Assembly (NCBI GenBank): GCA_017654855.1
Contig: CM030336.1
Coordinates: 4,340,001-4,404,000 of the forward strand
Origin: Podospora anserina
Lineage: Eukaryota
Direction of reading: 5' to 3'
Length of the DNA: 64,000 nucleotides
A model generated the notes under the pieces. It saw only the letters and a program-made list of their open reading frames with translations. It made no database searches and was not told the DNA's origin. The first letter of the stretch is position 1, and each line of letters opens with the position of its first letter. This document shows, in pieces, positions 54,571-64,000 of the stretch. Both the position numbers and the translations under genes were made by a program.

Positions 54571-55641
54571 TCAAACCTCCGAGTCCAAGCCAAGGCCCTC
54601 CCAGATCGGACCTCCGGGGATAACATATGTCTGCACAAAACGAATCAGTGTTTTCTGGCCAAGAAATCATCATCCCAACAACCAACTTGGACGCACCGTC
54701 GTATTGACACTCTCCTCGGAGTAAATGTCAACAAAAACACTCTCGTCTGCCCCCTCTGCTCGTCAGCTCAACCCTTTCCCTTTTTCCCTTCCCAATTCAC
54801 AACTAGGTAACTCACCATCTTGATCATACGCCCCAGGAAAAACCTTCAGATACCCCCCCGGGACCTCCCCCTCCACCCCCTTCCCTTCCTTCCCCCCCGT
54901 CACCTCCAAGTGAGCACACTCGGGATAAAACTGAGGCCTGAACCCAACATGCAAACTGAGAATCTCATGTCTAATGATATACCTCCCACTACCCAAACCC
55001 TCTGGCAGTCTCACCGGCCACAACCCCGGCTCCCCATCCCATCGCTGAAAACTCTTCTGATACCACGTTCCTAGCTCTAGTGTCCCATCCAATAAGCCTG
55101 CCTCCCATATCTTGAACCATTTTGCTTCGGTCAGGTTGACAGCGTTGCAGTTGTCCTCCGGGCAGCGGGTGAGCCAGGCGGTCATGGGGCCGACGGGGTG
55201 AAGCCAGTAGTAGTACACCGCCGTGATGACCTCGCCCGCGCTGATCGGGATGGAGGACGGGGGGGGCGTGCCGGGGTCGTTGCATGCTAGGAAGGGGGAG
55301 GTGGGACTGAAGAGGGGGTCGATGGTGGTCCATTGGCGCTGGGTGAGCCAGGGTTTGTTGAGCTGCTCTTCCGGTGGGGTCGAGGGGTCGTATCTGCCTT
55401 CTCAGTCAGTGTCTTGAGTTGCAAGACAGGGAAAAAGTGGATTCGTCGCTTGAAGTTGCAGGTGTCTTGGTGGTGGTAGAGGTCGAGCAGAAGGAAAGAA
55501 AAAGGAATGCCGTCACATCCGTCCCTACCCTCGATACCAAGTCTCGCCAACCGTGTAGTTGGACAGTCCCCCGTGTGCAGACGCCGGCCCCGGGAGGAGG
55601 GCAGCAGCCAAGAATGCCGCCAAGATCACCGGTACCATCAT
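54571..55641 (-). CDS. AA9 lytic polysaccharide monooxygenase
   Basis: Signal peptide ending ASA followed by His1 (HGG); HPVGPM; WFKI; YIIRHEILSLH; QFYPECAH; YVIPGGP; three introns (~55396-55529, ~54747-54816, ~54631-54695). Confidence 0.92.
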
Positions 55642-57594
55642 CACGACTTCCCACCAAAGTCAGGTTTTGGGGTCCGTAGGAGAGGAAAAGGCTGGGCACA
55701 GTGGGCAGGTATGCTTGGGCAACGGAGGGTGTATATCAAGTCCGAGGAGGCTCTTTCGTTGTGGAAAACTAGCTCACTCTCACCTCTTCTGTAAATTTAC
55801 ATGGCTGTATATTTTCCACTTTCGCAAACCAGCTCCAGTTGGAGAATCCCCTTCCCAGCAGATCGGGAATGGCCAAAATCTCATGGAACAACTCACGACC
55901 CGTTCGCCATCAGACGAAAACTCGGTCGTCCCGGACGAGATGAGCTGCGCGCTCAGGGATGGACTGGTCTTCCCTAAAGAGGTTCAGGAGTGATCTCAGG
56001 CACGTTCCCCGCACATAATCTAGATAAATAGACCTTGTGACGAAGACACGGCGTTGTCCATATGGCGGCTATATTTGACCACCACTGCCCACCCGGTCTC
56101 TGGGTAAGTGGCGGCAATATCAACAACCAGCACCTGCAGTTTTGACAAAATGTGCAATAGTCATGAGTGCAATATTGGTATCACGATCTCTGCTGATTGC
56201 CTCGTTGATTCGATAAAATGGGCCGCAAAACAGGCATGACGATCAAAAGTTTCAAGAACCACACGCCAAGCCCAAGGTAGGTAAGGCGTATCGATGGTGG
56301 CGAGTAAGTGATCCCATGTGGCACTCATGTGGCAGTCGTGTGGCCGCCGTGTGGCATTCATGTGGCATTGAAGGACCTTGCCAGCATGCCTGCAACATGT
56401 CGGCAGTCTTAGAGAGCTCAATCAATTGGTCTGGGGTACATGGGGTGCCCCGAATTCTCCGGCGTGGGGCACCATCGACTTTTGCCGCGAACCCCAACGT
56501 CACTGCGAGATCTGTCAAGCTGGCTTGGCGGACATATGGTCCACTGGAGCCTGAGTACCCGTGACGATCGGGGAGCCAAGCTAGTGACAGCCGTTCTGGA
56601 ACGCTCAGGTTGAGTTGGGATGTTGGTAGGTCTTGTCAGGGGCAGACCGGTATTGCTGTATTAGGTACCACCATCGACGCAGCGTCGTCTTCCACTTGGT
56701 AGACGATCAGTGGACCGATGTTCTCCAGATCCAACAACTTTAGAAACCTCAACGATTCGGCCAAGACAAGATGGAAACGAAACAAACACAACAATAAAAG
56801 AGATGATAAATCCTGCCCCAAGCCCCTCTCGTCAATCCCACAATCGGGACTGGGTCAGCCGTGGCTGCATTCGGAAGCATCCCGTCGGCCGGTGCCAATC
56901 GGCGGTCGAAGTAGAGGCCGAGGGTCAACGAGAAGGTGTGTGTTTGATCTGCGATGCGCCGGCAAATATCCATATTACCCCCAATCAGTCCCCAATCTCG
57001 TCGAGAATTCACACGGGCTTGGGAACACGTGCAGCCTCCGCCATCATCCAAAGTGCCAAGACAGGGTAACAACAGACAATCGTCTTTGTTTTGCCTTCTG
57101 CCGCCGCCGCACGCATTTGACCCCTGTTGACGGGAGACAACCACGTTGAATTCACCCTGCCAACCAACCAAATGTCAACCATCGCCATCGATCTGGGTGG
57201 GGTACAGCGTCCGTTCCCGGGGGAGGGAGGACAAGCAAGGCTGCACCGTCTTCTTCGCCACGCTTGAGGAATCTGAGAAGCGGATTGGAGGAATTATTCT
57301 TGTAGGGGTTGACCAAGATTCAATATCAGCTCGACCCATGATTGATTGCAGCCGGCAAGGCCGCAGGGAAGCAAGCGTCCGGAGAATATTGCAGATGACG
57401 CCGCGCCAGGCACAGCTCCCGCATCCCTTTTTGGCCCCTACCACCGGACCGGGATGGGGCTCATGAGGGGAGGCCGAGCGAGTAGCTGAGTCCATATAAG
57501 GATCAGAAGTCGTCAAACGACTTGCCATGGGAAGGGGTAACCAACTCTTTGTGTTCATCTCCTGACAGCACGTCTCCTCCCAAGAATTGTCATC

Positions 57595-58782
57595 ATGGTC
57601 CATCTCGCTTCCGCCCTTCTCGTGGCCAGCGCGGCCTTTGCCGTTGCCGCTCCCGCCAACGAGATCTTTGAGCGTCAGACCTGCTCCGTCCAGGCCAACT
57701 ACCCGACCCAGAACAATTCCAAGCTCCCCGATCCGTTCACCAGCGCCAGCGGGCAAAAGATCACCACCAAGGCCGACTTTGAGTGCCGCCAGGAGGAGAT
57801 CAGCAAGATCATGCAGCAGTATGAGTTCGGTGTCTACCCACCACCCCCCGACAGCGTCACCGGTACCATGAGCGGAAACAACATCCAGGTCCGCGTGACC
57901 GTCGGCAGCAAGAGCATCACCTTCAGCGCCGGCATCCGCAAGCCATCCGGCAGCGGTCCTTTCCCCGCCATCATTGGTGTCGGTGGCGCCTCCATCCCCA
58001 TCCCCAGCAACGTTGCCACCATCACCTTTGGCAACGACGCCTTCGGTGCCCAGTCCGGTATGGGTTCTCGCGGACGCGGTCAGTTCTACGACCTCTTCGG
58101 CAGCAGCCACTCGGCTGGTTCCCTTACCGCTTGGGCTTGGGGTATTGACCGGTTGATCGATGCTCTGGAGAAGACCCCTGCTGCGGGTATCGACACCACA
58201 CGTCTCGGCGTGACCGGCTGCTCCCGCAACGGCAAGGGTGCCTTTGTTGCCGGCGCCTTCGTCAAGCGCATTGCCCTCACCATCCCCCAGGAGTCCGGTG
58301 CCGGTGGTGCGGCCTGCTGGCGCATCTCTGACCAGCAAAAGTCGTCTGGCGCCAACATCCAGACTGCCAGTCAAATCATTGGCGAGCAGCCCTGGTTCTC
58401 CAAAAACTTTGACGCGCACGTCCGCTCCATCACCAACATCCCGCAGGATCACCACTTCCTCGCGGCCATGATCGTGCCCCGTGGTCTCGCCGTGTTTGAG
58501 AACAACATCGACTGGCTCGGCCCCGTCTCCACCACCGGCTGCATGCGTGCTGGTCGCCAAATCTACAAGGCTTACGGCGTGCCCAACAACATGGGCTTCT
58601 CGCTCATCGGTGGCCACAACCACTGCCAGTTCCCCAGCGGACAGAACTCGGAGCTCAACCAGTACATCAACTACTTCCTGCTCAAGAGCGGCACCGCCCC
58701 CGGCTCGGTGGAGCGCAGCACTTCCAACGCCAACACTGATGCTTGGTACCCATGGGCCGCCAGCGCTCCCACCCTTTCCTGA
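57595..58782 (+). CDS. CE15 4-O-methyl-glucuronoyl methylesterase (glucuronoyl esterase, Cip2-like)
   Basis: Signal peptide; catalytic motif GVTGCSRNGKG; PQESGAGG; DHH; GGHNHCQFP. Confidence 0.96.
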   Translation: MVHLASALLVASAAFAVAAPANEIFERQTCSVQANYPTQNNSKLPDPFTSASGQKITTKADFECRQEEISKIMQQYEFGVYPPPPDSVTGTMSGNNIQVRVTVGSKSITFSAGIRKPSGSGPFPAIIGVGGASIPIPSNVATITFGNDAFGAQSGMGSRGRGQFYDLFGSSHSAGSLTAWAWGIDRLIDALEKTPAAGIDTTRLGVTGCSRNGKGAFVAGAFVKRIALTIPQESGAGGAACWRISDQQKSSGANIQTASQIIGEQPWFSKNFDAHVRSITNIPQDHHFLAAMIVPRGLAVFENNIDWLGPVSTTGCMRAGRQIYKAYGVPNNMGFSLIGGHNHCQFPSGQNSELNQYINYFLLKSGTAPGSVERSTSNANTDAWYPWAASAPTLS

Positions 58783-60170
58783 GCGGTTGCAGGAGTGTGA
58801 AGATGTTTGGGTGAGGGGTCGAAAAGGTGTGGATCTTGTCGATAGCAAAGCTCGTTTGAAGGCTGGGAGGAGGACTGGGCATGTAAATATGGGAAAATAT
58901 ATGACGGGTTTTCTGGAGCTTATCTTTGTGCCCCGAAACAGAACGGTGCCTGGTGATGTGTCGAGAGCTGCCCCAAAAGAATCCTGTTGTGGTGAACCAC
59001 AACGGTGATGCTTTGCCGAGAACTCGATGATAAGAGTGGTCCGGATATCAGCTTCGTGCTTCCCGGTGCTGGGTGAGCGATGTCGTAAGTAGGTTGCAGA
59101 CCGAGAAAGATCAGGGGTAAGGCCTCGAGGATCAATGGATAATGAGACCAATTAAGGAGAAGAGATCCCCCGTGATGTGCCGTATCTATTGGTCTTCCTG
59201 ACTGTGAGAAAGTGTGGTTGGAGGACGCGGGAGATGTGGTTTGTCATCTGCAGTGGAACAGAGCTCAGGAGCTTGGACCTTCTTGTGGCCCCTGCTATCA
59301 GCTGGATGCATAAGCATTCCGGGGATAACCGGGTTTACACAAGCTGTGGGTATTACGGTTGACAGTTGCGGGCCGGCAACGCGGGGTGGTGGTGGAGTTG
59401 CTGAAGTTTACACCAACGACAGCTCAAACCAGGTCGTCATTGTCCCAGGATTTTCCATCTTCTGATATCTGCTTCAGTCCAATCGCTTTATCTTCTTCTG
59501 TGGTCTTGTGCCGTTTTGCATTCCTCGATTCATGACGCCCCATAAGCCCCTGCTTTACAACATGTCCTCATGGAAGGAAGTCTTCCCACTCGGTGCCCCC
59601 AGTTGGTTGGTAGGCCCATCTGATAAGCTTTCCAGGTCCAATGTCTACCGAGAGAGGAGGATGCAGTTGGGAACCATCGGATACGCCATTTTCGGACATG
59701 TTTGTCTTGGCCCGCAATATTCCACCATCTGCGCCATCTATTGCCTCGACATATTCCCGTGTCTGGAGAACGGCAGCCGAGTTGGGCGAGGGCATTCGGG
59801 CCTTGGCAACACCCCAACCAGGGCACCCATCCCCCTACATTACCTAGCACCGCCGGTGGATATGGGGGACGGAGGGTGAGAGCCCATCTCAGCCAAGACC
59901 GATCGTCTCCGGGTTTAAACACGGACACAGAATCCCCCCAGGTTGGTCATCATCCTGACAGAGGCAGGATTATTGATGAGACAGTTCCGTCGGCCCGTAC
60001 AGCTGAAAGTTCTGTAACCTTTCTATTTCCATTATGTCAATGAAGCTGGGGTATCTGCCCCGGTTGACCCGTCTTCCAAATAGCTTTGGAAGCTGACCGC
60101 TTGCTCCTTTTTCCCCTTCTCTTCACCTTTCGTCTTCTCTTTCCTCGAGCTTTTAGGCTCAACAGCAGTC

Positions 60171-62015
60171 ATGGCAAGCCCCGGGCCCTCGACGACAACG
60201 GCTGTCGACACACATGCCAAAGAACTCAATATTACCACTCTCTACTTGATCTTCGAGACAGCACTCCCCAGTCCTCTGTTCAACCAGAATACTCACCCTG
60301 CCACCCCAACAAGCAGGGTTCCGCAACCACCCGACCTGACGCCCTATGCTGATCCTCGAACTTGGGCACCACATCGCAAGAATGTGCTCCTTTTCTTGTC
60401 ATGCGTAGCAACCTTCTTAACAGCCTACACCTCAGGCTCCTACTCTCCGCCCGCCGAACTCATACAAGCATCTCTTTCGCCAGTCCCTTGGAGCGTTGAG
60501 CCTGTTCTGGCCGGCATCACCACCTTCTGCGTCGGCTTTGGGTTTGCCCCGATGATGCTCGCCCCTCTTTCAGAGATGAATGGCCGATATCCCGTCTTTG
60601 TGTGTGCCGGCATCGTCTACGTCGTGTTCCAGGGTGTCTGCGGTGTGGTGACTTCGCTCGCAGGCATGCTGGTTGCCAGATTCTTGGTTGGAGTGGGGGC
60701 AAGCGTTTTCAGCACCATGGTTGGCGGTGTTATTGCTGATATGTACGCAAACGAGGAACGAAACACGCCGATGGCCTTGTTTAGTGGATCCGTCCTTGCC
60801 GGTACCGGGCTCGGGCCCATGGTTTGTGCCGTCATGGCCGAGCGATGGGGAGATGTTGAGAGATATCCGAACATGTGGAAATGGACTTGGTGGCATCAGG
60901 TGATCATGTCTGGGGTGTTGATGGTGGCTTTTGTGGTGTTCTTCAAGGAAAGCAGGGGAAGCGTGCTGCTGAGCCGGAAAGCCAAGGCGCTGAACAGGTG
61001 GTACGAAGAGCTGGAAAATGAAGGTTACTATGGGCTCTGCTTTGAAGACGAACAGGGACAGGAGAAGGCGAGCGAGAATATGACGAGCTCGGAAGACAGC
61101 ACAGACGACAGATATGACGAAAAGAGATCGTTCTCGGCCTCAGCCAGCAGACATGAAAGGGGCCCTTCCATTAAGCGCGTCAGATGGGTGGTCAAAGAAG
61201 ACGAGGAGCGCGCCTCTATCGGCAAAATGATCGCCATATCATCCTCCCGCCCTTTCTACCTGCTCTTCACCGAGCCGGTCATTTTCTTCTTCTCCGCCTG
61301 GGTCGCCTTTGCGTGGGGAGTCCTCTATCTGACATTCGGCTCCATCCCTTATGTATTCCAGCATGTCTACGGCTGGTCTCTCGAGCAATCGGGGCACGCT
61401 TTCACAGCCATTATCCTAGGCGCCGTCGTCGGAACCACAATGAGCATCTACCAGCAGCAGCTGCTGTCTCATCCCAAATGGGTCGACCCTCGCGAAGTGC
61501 TGACCTCTACTTCCACGACAACATCTTCCCTGTCGGACGAAACACCAGCGCCAGCAAATGGAACAGACAAGATATGGTCCATCCTCCGAACCTACTTCCC
61601 CTCTTCCTCTCCCGAATCCCGCTTGTACTTTTCCTGTCTTACCTCTACACTTCTTCCCATCGGCCTCTACCTCTTTGGCTTCACCGCCAAGCCAGAAATT
61701 CACTGGATCTTCCCCGCAATAGGGATATTTCTCTGCACCGTGGGCATTTTGAGCATCTACCTCGCAGTGTTCAACTACTTTGCCGACGTCTATCATAAAT
61801 ACGCCTCTTCTGCCCTCGCTGCGCAGTCCCTGTGTCGGAACTTGGTTGGTGGCGCCTTCCCTCTGGTGACGAGGCTGATATACAGGAATCTGGGAGAGGC
61901 CAAAGCAGGGGCGGTCTTGGGGAGTATTGCGGTTGTACTATCGGTTGTGCCTTGGGTGTTGGTTTGGAAGGGGGAGGAGATTAGGGGGAGGAGTGTTTTT
62001 GCTTCTCTCGCTTGA
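60171..62015 (+). CDS. MFS transporter, DHA1 (drug:H+ antiporter) family
   Basis: APLSEMNGRYPV, GGVIADMY..EER, LLFTEP, PESRL, NYFADVYHKYASSALAAQS; about 12 hydrophobic segments. Confidence 0.93.
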   Translation: MASPGPSTTTAVDTHAKELNITTLYLIFETALPSPLFNQNTHPATPTSRVPQPPDLTPYADPRTWAPHRKNVLLFLSCVATFLTAYTSGSYSPPAELIQASLSPVPWSVEPVLAGITTFCVGFGFAPMMLAPLSEMNGRYPVFVCAGIVYVVFQGVCGVVTSLAGMLVARFLVGVGASVFSTMVGGVIADMYANEERNTPMALFSGSVLAGTGLGPMVCAVMAERWGDVERYPNMWKWTWWHQVIMSGVLMVAFVVFFKESRGSVLLSRKAKALNRWYEELENEGYYGLCFEDEQGQEKASENMTSSEDSTDDRYDEKRSFSASASRHERGPSIKRVRWVVKEDEERASIGKMIAISSSRPFYLLFTEPVIFFFSAWVAFAWGVLYLTFGSIPYVFQHVYGWSLEQSGHAFTAIILGAVVGTTMSIYQQQLLSHPKWVDPREVLTSTSTTTSSLSDETPAPANGTDKIWSILRTYFPSSSPESRLYFSCLTSTLLPIGLYLFGFTAKPEIHWIFPAIGIFLCTVGILSIYLAVFNYFADVYHKYASSALAAQSLCRNLVGGAFPLVTRLIYRNLGEAKAGAVLGSIAVVLSVVPWVLVWKGEEIRGRSVFASLA

Positions 62016-62174
62016 CAAGACAACATGACTGAACTCGGCTTCACAAACTTGAAATCAAAAGCCATTTCTTCTATTAAATAAACACCAAGGGAAGGAAAAA
62101 ACGTTTAAAGACATTACAAACATGGTATCATGACTCATAACAAACCAAGCCCCCTCAAACCCAACCAAGACTCC

Positions 62175-63436
62175 TCAATCAACATCCTCATCAGCCTCCA
62201 CCTTTGCCCCCTCCAACTTCTTCCTCGCCTCCTCCACCATCTTATCCTCATTGACTTTCCCATTCTTCGAGTCCTCCCCGTCCTCCCTTATCTCAACATC
62301 ATCCGCCAACGGCGCCCCCTGTTCCCCCTCCAAAGCCCCCGACCTTTTCTTCAACGCCTCAATCGCAGCCGGCTTCAAGCTCCCATCCTCATTGACATCC
62401 CCCTTCAGGTGCAGTGTAAACAACACCACCAGGTAAACCTGCTTCGTCTTCTTGTTGCGGAGGACATACCTAAGCTGGTGTAAGCGTTTGACCTTGTTAC
62501 TATCAATCGTCGTTTCAGCACTTGCTGCTTTCCCACGGTGCAAGGGGCACAACAAAGTTGAAAAGTGTAAAGCCAAGACAGGTGATAGTTGACAAAAAGA
62601 CCCCCCCCCAAAAAAAAACAGACATACCTCAACCCCTGCCCATCCCAATACCTCATAATCCCCAACCCAAACCCAGGCAACCTCAACGCAAACTCCCCAA
62701 AGTCAATGTAAGGGTTATAAAAATCAACCGCATACTCCCTCCCATACTCCCAAACCCACCTCTCCAGATTCTCCCCCTTCAACCCCCACTTCATCCTCTC
62801 CCTGCCCTCCCGTGGAACCCCCCTCTCAATTCTCCATTTTTCATCCCCCCCTTCCTCAACCCAAATCCCGCCCTTCTTTGGGTCATCCTCCACCCCAGGG
62901 CCAACATGCACAGCATTAAAGCTACTCAACCCAACTCCATACAGATACGGCGTGTCAGCGTACGGATCCCCCTCCAACCCGGGATCAACCCACCACTTGA
63001 CAATCCTCATCGCGGCCCCGAACCCAGGCGGGAGTCTGTCACGGATAGGATGGTCAAAGTCATTCCCGAACTGCAAGTCCCCTCCTTTTACACCAATGTC
63101 ATCATCCTCTTCAATCTCCTCCCCTTCATCATCCTCCGCTTCCCCGATCTCGTTCCTGTGTGACTCGTCCCTCTCCGGAGCGTGAAGCTTAAACTTGAAA
63201 GCGATCGAGTACTGGTCATTATTGGATTTGTGCGGCTCCTGCTCAAAATAGGGGGAGGTTCTGGGAGCAGTGGGGGGGACAGAGCGGTGGTGGTTTTGGA
63301 TGCGGACGTTGAGGCTAGCAGAAATCAAATCGGACGAGATGGTGGTTGGGGTGGAAGAGTTGACGTTGACGAGCTGGTGGGTTGACAGGTCGTAGGACGG
63401 CCCGGCTGTGACGCGGAGCACGTATTTGTCTGCCAT
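62175..63436 (-). CDS. DUF1769 (UPF0590) family protein
   Basis: MADKYVLRVTAGPSYD...FGNDFDHPIRDRLPPGF...WVDPGLEGDPYADTPYLYG...DFYNPYIDF...WDGQGLR|YVLRNK; intron 62470-62627. Confidence 0.88.
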
Positions 63437-63457
63437 TTGTAAGAACCTACACTGCCG

Positions 63458-63586
<129 letters not shown>

Positions 63587-64000
63587 TGGTGTGTTCAAAT
63601 GGTGATGGGTTATTGAAGATGGGGGAGTATTGACTGGCCGTTCAGGGATACAGGCAGTTATTTAACAAACAGAATTGACTGAAAAGCAGCTTGAGTGCAC
63701 CCGTCATCATGGCCGCCCAAAATTAATGACGTCGTCAGGCACTATCAATCGCCCCACATGTGATATTCAGGGACCAGCTCGCGCAGCCAATCAGATCAAG
63801 ACAATTCACGCCAGGTCTGCAGCATCGGGAAACTGACCAACAAGAGACAACTGTTGGCACAGGCTTCTCTATGTATTCAGCGCTCACCTATTACTTAGCA
63901 TATAACAAGCCTACCATATCATACAGTCATCACCAACCATCTACTCCTCATCCTCGGCATCGGTAAAGTACTCAAAGTCCGCGGGCTTGGTCGCCTCCTC

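Noticed and set aside
57175..59151. 658-aa minus-strand ORF
   Set aside because: Antisense shadow of the strongly codon-biased CE15 gene.

Overview
This is fungal genomic DNA (Sordariomycete; the LTRs, Fot1/Pot-type transposons and CE15 gene suggest the Podospora anserina species complex, which is an inference). About 1-41 kb is an accessory, TE-rich island heavily altered by repeat-induced point mutation (RIP). It contains a HeLo-kinase pseudogene fused head-to-head to a 5'-truncated ankyrin gene, a hevein/CBM18 protein, a full-length Fot1/Pot-type DNA transposon inside a HET-like pseudogene, a ferric reductase, and FunK1-kinase and HNH-nuclease remnants. It also holds two inverted transposon halves joined by a recombinant solo LTR, and a 16.8-kb nested, chimeric Ty3/gypsy complex (crapaud-like chromovirus with a second LTR element inside). 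After that come a RIP-killed PD-(D/E)xK-like nuclease gene followed closely by an intact small kinase gene (a split Spok-like architecture), then further solo LTRs. About 42-64 kb is ordinary gene-dense sequence: hypothetical proteins, PBDC1/YPL225W, a Ste6-like ABCB transporter, an AA9 LPMO, a CE15 glucuronoyl esterase, an MFS transporter and a DUF1769 protein. All family assignments come from motif recognition by eye; no searches were run.
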